Source: Phycisphaeraceae bacterium (GTDB taxonomy: Bacteria > Planctomycetota > Phycisphaerae > Phycisphaerales > Phycisphaeraceae). Taken from it: a DNA stretch of 64,000 nt. The position numbers and the translations under genes were made by a program. Below the pieces are notes generated by a model. The model did no database searches. It was not told where the DNA came from and was given only the letters and a program-made list of their open reading frames with translations. The stretch covers positions 2,976,001 through 3,040,000 of the forward strand of contig OY771506.1 of the NCBI GenBank assembly GCA_963674705.1, written 5' to 3'. Shown in pieces: positions 59,569-64,000 of this stretch (its first letter is position 1; every line of letters starts with the position of its first letter).

Positions 59569-60249
59569 TCAGACGATGTGGCGGCGACGTAGCGCCAGGC
59601 CACCGAGGCCCATGGCCAACAGGGTCGGCGTGATGGGTTCGGGGATCGGGTTTTCGGTCGGCTCGACACCCTGTGTCTGGGCAACACCGGCGGTGATGAT
59701 ACGGATCTGGTCGGTGATGCCACCTACGTAGAACGAGAAGTCAAGCCGCGTACGGTTGTTGCTGATGCGGAAGTAGTCACCATCGGACTCTTCGAGGTCC
59801 AGGCCGTGGCCGGCGGCGGTTTCATAAGCGGTTCCGGGAGCGCCGAGCAGGGCGTCGCTCAGATCGAAGTCGCCAAAGATCACGCCGAGGATTGTATCGT
59901 TGAAGGTAATGCTACCGGTCATCATGGTAGGGACGTGGTTTTCGTCGACATCGGCGTGCAGCATGAAGCTGGTCACGGTGCGGCCGGCGGCGAGGGTACG
60001 TCCAACGGCGCTGGCGGAATTATCGTAGGTTCCGGGCAGGAACGCTTCTACGTACAGATCGCTGGCCAGAGTCACGTTGCTCTGTTCGGTGAACAGTAGC
60101 GCCTTGTTGTTGTTGATTCGGTCGCCATTCTGAACGGAAGCGGGGGCATAAACCATGTTTACGTCGCCACTAGCGGACATAGCCGAGGCCTGAGTCGTAA
60201 AAGCGAACACGGTGCCGGCAACTGCAAGAGATGTGATGATCGACTTCAT
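59569..60249 (-). CDS. PEP-CTERM sorting domain protein
   Basis: Signal peptide; IPEPITPTLLAMGLGGLALRRR. Confidence 0.88.
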   Translation of the reverse strand: MKSIITSLAVAGTVFAFTTQASAMSASGDVNMVYAPASVQNGDRINNNKALLFTEQSNVTLASDLYVEAFLPGTYDNSASAVGRTLAAGRTVTSFMLHADVDENHVPTMMTGSITFNDTILGVIFGDFDLSDALLGAPGTAYETAAGHGLDLEESDGDYFRISNNRTRLDFSFYVGGITDQIRIITAGVAQTQGVEPTENPIPEPITPTLLAMGLGGLALRRRHIV

Positions 60250-60359
60250 AATATTTATCCTTCCTTCACTGCTTGCTGGAACGTTCCAGCCAGTTCCACC
60301 TGATTTTCCAGCCACCTTACAGACATCGGAGTCTGGTGCGGCTACACGGTTGGTCTATA

Positions 60360-60376
60360 TACAAGCCGCGTGCCGA
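60360..60376 (-). promoter_or_regulatory. Putative sigma54 (-24/-12) promoter
   Basis: TCGGCACGCGGCTTGTA on the minus strand about 110 bp upstream of the PEP-CTERM start; -12 reads GT instead of GC. Confidence 0.45.
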
Positions 60377-60842
60377 AACCTCAGTATGTGAGTGTCGCAA
60401 AGTTCACTTTGCAGACGAATTGCTTTTAACCCCGTCTTTGATTGACTTTACACACACAGCCGAGTCAGATGAATTTGATGACCATTATACCGATAATACC
60501 ACCTGTTGTCCAAGGTGCACATACGGATGCTTTAAAAAAACAACATTTTTCTAACGCAACCCCCATATCTTGGTCCGATAAGCGGTTACGGGTGTTTCAC
60601 TTGCCCCCCAAATGGCATGAAATCGACCATTTCTGCCCCTCCCAGACCTCTGTACGAGCCGTCGAGCAGGGGGAAGACTTGGGGTTATCCCCTGTGGACC
60701 CCGTGAAAATGCCCTTTTCAGATTTAATTGTGGGAAGATTGGATGATTACTTCTCAAGACAGGCACACCGACAACGCATATGCTGTAGCTGATGGAGCTG
60801 TGTGTTTGTGTCGCATCAGGTTTACCCGCCCGGGAGTAGATT

Positions 60843-62723
60843 ATGGCTAATTCACGTAACGGACTAGGACTGGCCCTGCTTGGAGCACTTCTCATTGGCC
60901 TGTTGATCGGCCCGGCATTCGCCCAGGCGGTCGAAGATGCCAAAGAGACAACTGAAGCTGTCGAAACGACGGCTGATGCTGCCGAAACGACGGCGGATCA
61001 GGAAGTCGCGATGACGCCGGTCGTCGGCTGGCTGACGCTTACCGAGTCGCTGCGCGACGGTCCTGTGCCATATGCCTGGATCACCACGGAAGAAGCCGGG
61101 CCGTCCCTGGGGAATGTCCTGAATCAACTGGATTACGTCGCGGAGAACAAGGAGTATCTCGGCGTCGTGATCTATATGGATCAGCCGGCGCTTCGGCTTT
61201 CACAAGTGCTGGCGCTGTCGGACAAGATCGCGGAGGTGCGTGCGGCCGGGAAAATGGTCATGACGTATGCCGAAGCGTACGACATGATGGACTACATGCT
61301 CGCCAGCAGCGCGGACATGGTGCTTTTGCAGCACAAGGGCGAGGTCCAGCTCAACGGTCTTGCGGTTGAGGAGATGTACCTGGCGGGCCTGCTTGAGAAG
61401 ATCGGCGCCAAGGCGGACATGGTGCAGATCGGCAAGTTTAAGGGCGCGGACGAGCAGCTTACACGTACCGGTCCCAGCGAAGCGTGGAGCCAGAACTTCG
61501 ATGCACTGTTGGATGACCTTTACGGGCAGATCGTCGGCCGGATCGCGCAGAACCGTGGCATGACTACCTCCGAAGTTGAGAAGCTCATCGAGGATAGCTG
61601 GACCATGACGGACACGGACTTTTTGCGTAACCGTGTCGTGGATCGTTTGACCGACCGTGATCTGATCGACGTGACCGAGGTGGAGTTCGGAGACAACTTC
61701 ATCTGGGACGACTCGATGGGCCTGGGTGGTGGGGCGGTGCAGATCAACAACCCGATGATGCTGTTCGGCTTGTTGTTCCAGGAGCAGAACCTGCGGACGT
61801 CCGGCCCGACGATCGCGGTGATTCATGCAACCGGTCCGATCCATTCCGGCAAGTCCTCACGCGGTGCGGGGATGTTCGATTCCGAGTCGATCGGCAGTAC
61901 AACGATGGTCGAGGCGCTGGGCCACGTGCGCGACGATGACAACATCAAGGGCGCGATCCTGCGGATCGACTCGCCGGGCGGTTCGGCGCTTGCCAGCGAG
62001 ATCATCTGGCAGGCGGTTCGCGACTTGGGCGAGACCAAACCCGTGTACGTCAGCGTGGGGTCGATGGCGGCCAGCGGCGGGTATTACATCGCCTGCGCCG
62101 GTGACGAGATATACATCAATCCGGGCTCGATCGTCGGCTCGATCGGCGTGGTCGGCGGGAAGATCGTGCTGGGCGGGCTGTATGAATGGGCGGGGATCAG
62201 CATCCACCGCCGGGCTCGCGGACCGATGGGCGATATGTTCAACAGTGTCGATCCATTTACAGACGAGCAGCGGGCGACGATCCGGCAATCGATGCAGTTG
62301 GTTTACGATCAATTCATTGACCGTGTCCAGATTGGCCGAGGCACGCGTTTGCCGAATGTCGGGAAGGTTGCGGAAGGGCGGCTGTTTACCGGTCGGCAGG
62401 CGGTGGAGAACGGCCTGGCGGACAAGCTCGGTGGCGTGGAAGTCGCGATGGCGGACATGGCGACGGAGCTTGGCCTGAAAGAAGGTGAATACGAAGTGCT
62501 TCACCTGCCGCCGGCGATGTCGTTGCAGTCGTTTATCAACAGTGTGTTCGGCGCCAGCGCGCCGCAGGTGCAATCAAGCGAAGCCCCGGCGATCCTGCTG
62601 ACTGTCAAGCAAGTCCTGGGCCCGCGTGCGTGGGAATCGGTGAGTACGACGATGCAGGGGCTTTTGCTTCTGCGGGATGAGTCGGTGCTGACATTGATGC
62701 CCAACGCGATTGTCATCAGGTAA
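60843..62723 (+). CDS. sppA: Signal peptide peptidase SppA (long form, two S49 domains)
   Basis: GKFKGA.E, LRIDSPGGSALASE.IW, SMAASGGYYI, GSIGV, GRLFTG.QA...GLAD.LG. Confidence 0.92.
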   Translation: MANSRNGLGLALLGALLIGLLIGPAFAQAVEDAKETTEAVETTADAAETTADQEVAMTPVVGWLTLTESLRDGPVPYAWITTEEAGPSLGNVLNQLDYVAENKEYLGVVIYMDQPALRLSQVLALSDKIAEVRAAGKMVMTYAEAYDMMDYMLASSADMVLLQHKGEVQLNGLAVEEMYLAGLLEKIGAKADMVQIGKFKGADEQLTRTGPSEAWSQNFDALLDDLYGQIVGRIAQNRGMTTSEVEKLIEDSWTMTDTDFLRNRVVDRLTDRDLIDVTEVEFGDNFIWDDSMGLGGGAVQINNPMMLFGLLFQEQNLRTSGPTIAVIHATGPIHSGKSSRGAGMFDSESIGSTTMVEALGHVRDDDNIKGAILRIDSPGGSALASEIIWQAVRDLGETKPVYVSVGSMAASGGYYIACAGDEIYINPGSIVGSIGVVGGKIVLGGLYEWAGISIHRRARGPMGDMFNSVDPFTDEQRATIRQSMQLVYDQFIDRVQIGRGTRLPNVGKVAEGRLFTGRQAVENGLADKLGGVEVAMADMATELGLKEGEYEVLHLPPAMSLQSFINSVFGASAPQVQSSEAPAILLTVKQVLGPRAWESVSTTMQGLLLLRDESVLTLMPNAIVIR

Positions 62724-62726
62724 GGG

Positions 62727-62833
62727 ATGTTCAATATTCGATGTTCAATGTTCAATCTGTTAAAAACAGATGGGATATCGAACGTCGAACGGTGCGATCA
62801 ACATTGAACATTACACATTGAACATTGAACATG
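62727..62833. repeat. Inverted ATGTTCA/TGAACAT heptamer arrays in the sppA-ispD spacer
   Basis: atgttcaatattcgatgttcaatgttcaat ... cattgaacattacacattgaacattgaacATG. Confidence 0.75.
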
Positions 62834-63682
62834 AATCAACAGCTAAATATTTCCGTGATTCTTCCCGCAGCCGGGGCCGGTTCGCGGTTTACGCGTGGCC
62901 AGGCCGGGATGGGGCCGAGCAAGGTCGAAATGGTGCTGGCGAACAAGCCGGTGTTTCTGCACGCGGTGGACCTGTTCGTGAAGCGCAGTGATGTGGGGCG
63001 GGTGATCGTCGCGGTGTCGCCGCAGCAGTTGGATGATTTTCGATTTCGGTGGGGGGATAAGCTGGGTTTCCTTGGCGTGAAGGTAGTGGCCGGCGGTGAG
63101 AAGGAACGCTGGGAAACGGTAGCGAACGCTCTTGAAGCGGTGGACGACGATGCGACGCACATCGCGGTCCACGATGCAGCCAGGCCTTTAGCGAGCGATA
63201 AACTGATTGACCGTGTGTTTGAAGCGGCGGCGAAGTACCCCGCGGTGATCCCGGGGTGCGATGTCGGCGCGACACTCAAACGGGCGGCCGAAGACGATGC
63301 GGCCGGCGATGAAGTTGATCCGCTGGATGCGATCCTTGGATCGCCTGTTGACAGTGGGGCGGCGGTGCGGAAGGTTGTTGAGACGGTGGATCGGCGCGGC
63401 CTGGTCGCCGTGCAGACGCCGCAGGTTTTTGAAGCAGGACTCTTGCGGCGGGCGTATCAGCAGATCGCCGATGGGAAGCTGAATCCGGATGGGATCACGG
63501 ATGATGCACAGTTGATCGAAGCGCTCGGCGAGACGGTGCGTATCGTTGAAGGCGAATCGACGAACATAAAAATCACGTACCCGGAGGATGCGGAGTTAGC
63601 TGAAGCATTACTTGGCAAACGTGGCGAATCCCAGGCCGCGGAGCTTGCCAAGAAGCGATTGTTTGGGGATGAAGACGATTAA
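62831..63682 (+). CDS. ispD: 2-C-methyl-D-erythritol 4-phosphate cytidylyltransferase
   Basis: ILPAAGAGSRF, GG.ERWETV, VHDAARP, VQTPQVF, TDDA, NIKITYPED. Confidence 0.9.
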   Translation: MNQQLNISVILPAAGAGSRFTRGQAGMGPSKVEMVLANKPVFLHAVDLFVKRSDVGRVIVAVSPQQLDDFRFRWGDKLGFLGVKVVAGGEKERWETVANALEAVDDDATHIAVHDAARPLASDKLIDRVFEAAAKYPAVIPGCDVGATLKRAAEDDAAGDEVDPLDAILGSPVDSGAAVRKVVETVDRRGLVAVQTPQVFEAGLLRRAYQQIADGKLNPDGITDDAQLIEALGETVRIVEGESTNIKITYPEDAELAEALLGKRGESQAAELAKKRLFGDEDD

Positions 63683-64000
63683 TCCGGGGCGTCTATTAGA
63701 AAGCGTTTGGCGGGAGAGTCGGGATCGATTTCCAGTGCGCGGCGGGCGGCGGCGTCTGCTTTGTCGGGTTCATCCATGCGCGTGTAGAGCGCCGCTAAGC
63801 GGAGCTGGTGCTGAGCACGATCGGGCTCGATGAGGCTTGCGGCGTAGACTTGTTGCAGAGCCTGCTCGTTGTTCTGCTTTTGCAGGGCGATGGTGGCGGC
63901 GAGTTCGCGATAGCCGGCTTGATAGGGTTCGCGATGCAGGGCACGTTCGATCGCGTTAAGCGCTTTGGTGTAGTCGCCTTGCCGGCGGTAGGCCTTGGCC
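63679..64000 (-). CDS. TPR protein, C-terminal part (5'-truncated by window edge)
   Basis: Manual translation: AKAYRRQGDYTKALNAIERALHREP...RLAALY...AARRALEIDPDSPA...*; stop overlaps the ispD stop. Confidence 0.75.
   Translation of the reverse strand, partial: AKAYRRQGDYTKALNAIERALHREPYQAGYRELAATIALQKQNNEQALQQVYAASLIEPDRAQHQLRLAALYTRMDEPDKADAAARRALEIDPDSPAKRFLIDAPD

Overview
This is a GC-rich bacterial chromosomal segment, most likely from a planctomycete of the Phycisphaerae type. The call rests on PEP-CTERM proteins with GDxDGDGFVGLDDLDIVLxNWN dockerin-like repeats, a DUF1559/H-X9-DG-type prepilin, a Planctomycetes/Verrucomicrobia-restricted TIGR04138-like gene and a rearranged rnpA-yidD pair. 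It carries about 50 CDS, mostly housekeeping (tmk, IOR-family oxidoreductase, sthA, sodA, sigma70, nadE, yidD, rnpA, ClC channel, tatC, queA, yhhQ, 5-FTHF cyclo-ligase, proA, cdaA/cdaR, moxR, sppA, ispD). It also holds six PEP-CTERM genes and two intact IS elements (IS3 and IS630 families). I found no rRNA, tRNA or CRISPR array. The most striking unexplained structure is a modular intergenic repeat system. Nine dispersed copies of a 35-bp hairpin core carry a GC-GNA-GC mini-hairpin whose loop base N varies, and the core is embedded in ordered blocks of 7-bp tandem repeats. Both IS elements sit inside this repeat, and 7-bp arrays also occur in frame within a ketosynthase gene. Other leads are a probable Fur-box-controlled PEP-CTERM/dockerin/prepilin operon, an alkaline phosphatase lacking all three Zn-binding histidines, tandem paralogs with identical DNA ends and diverged cores, and a CdaA with a variant catalytic motif. 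All assignments are by eye from the sequence and ORF track; no database searches were run.
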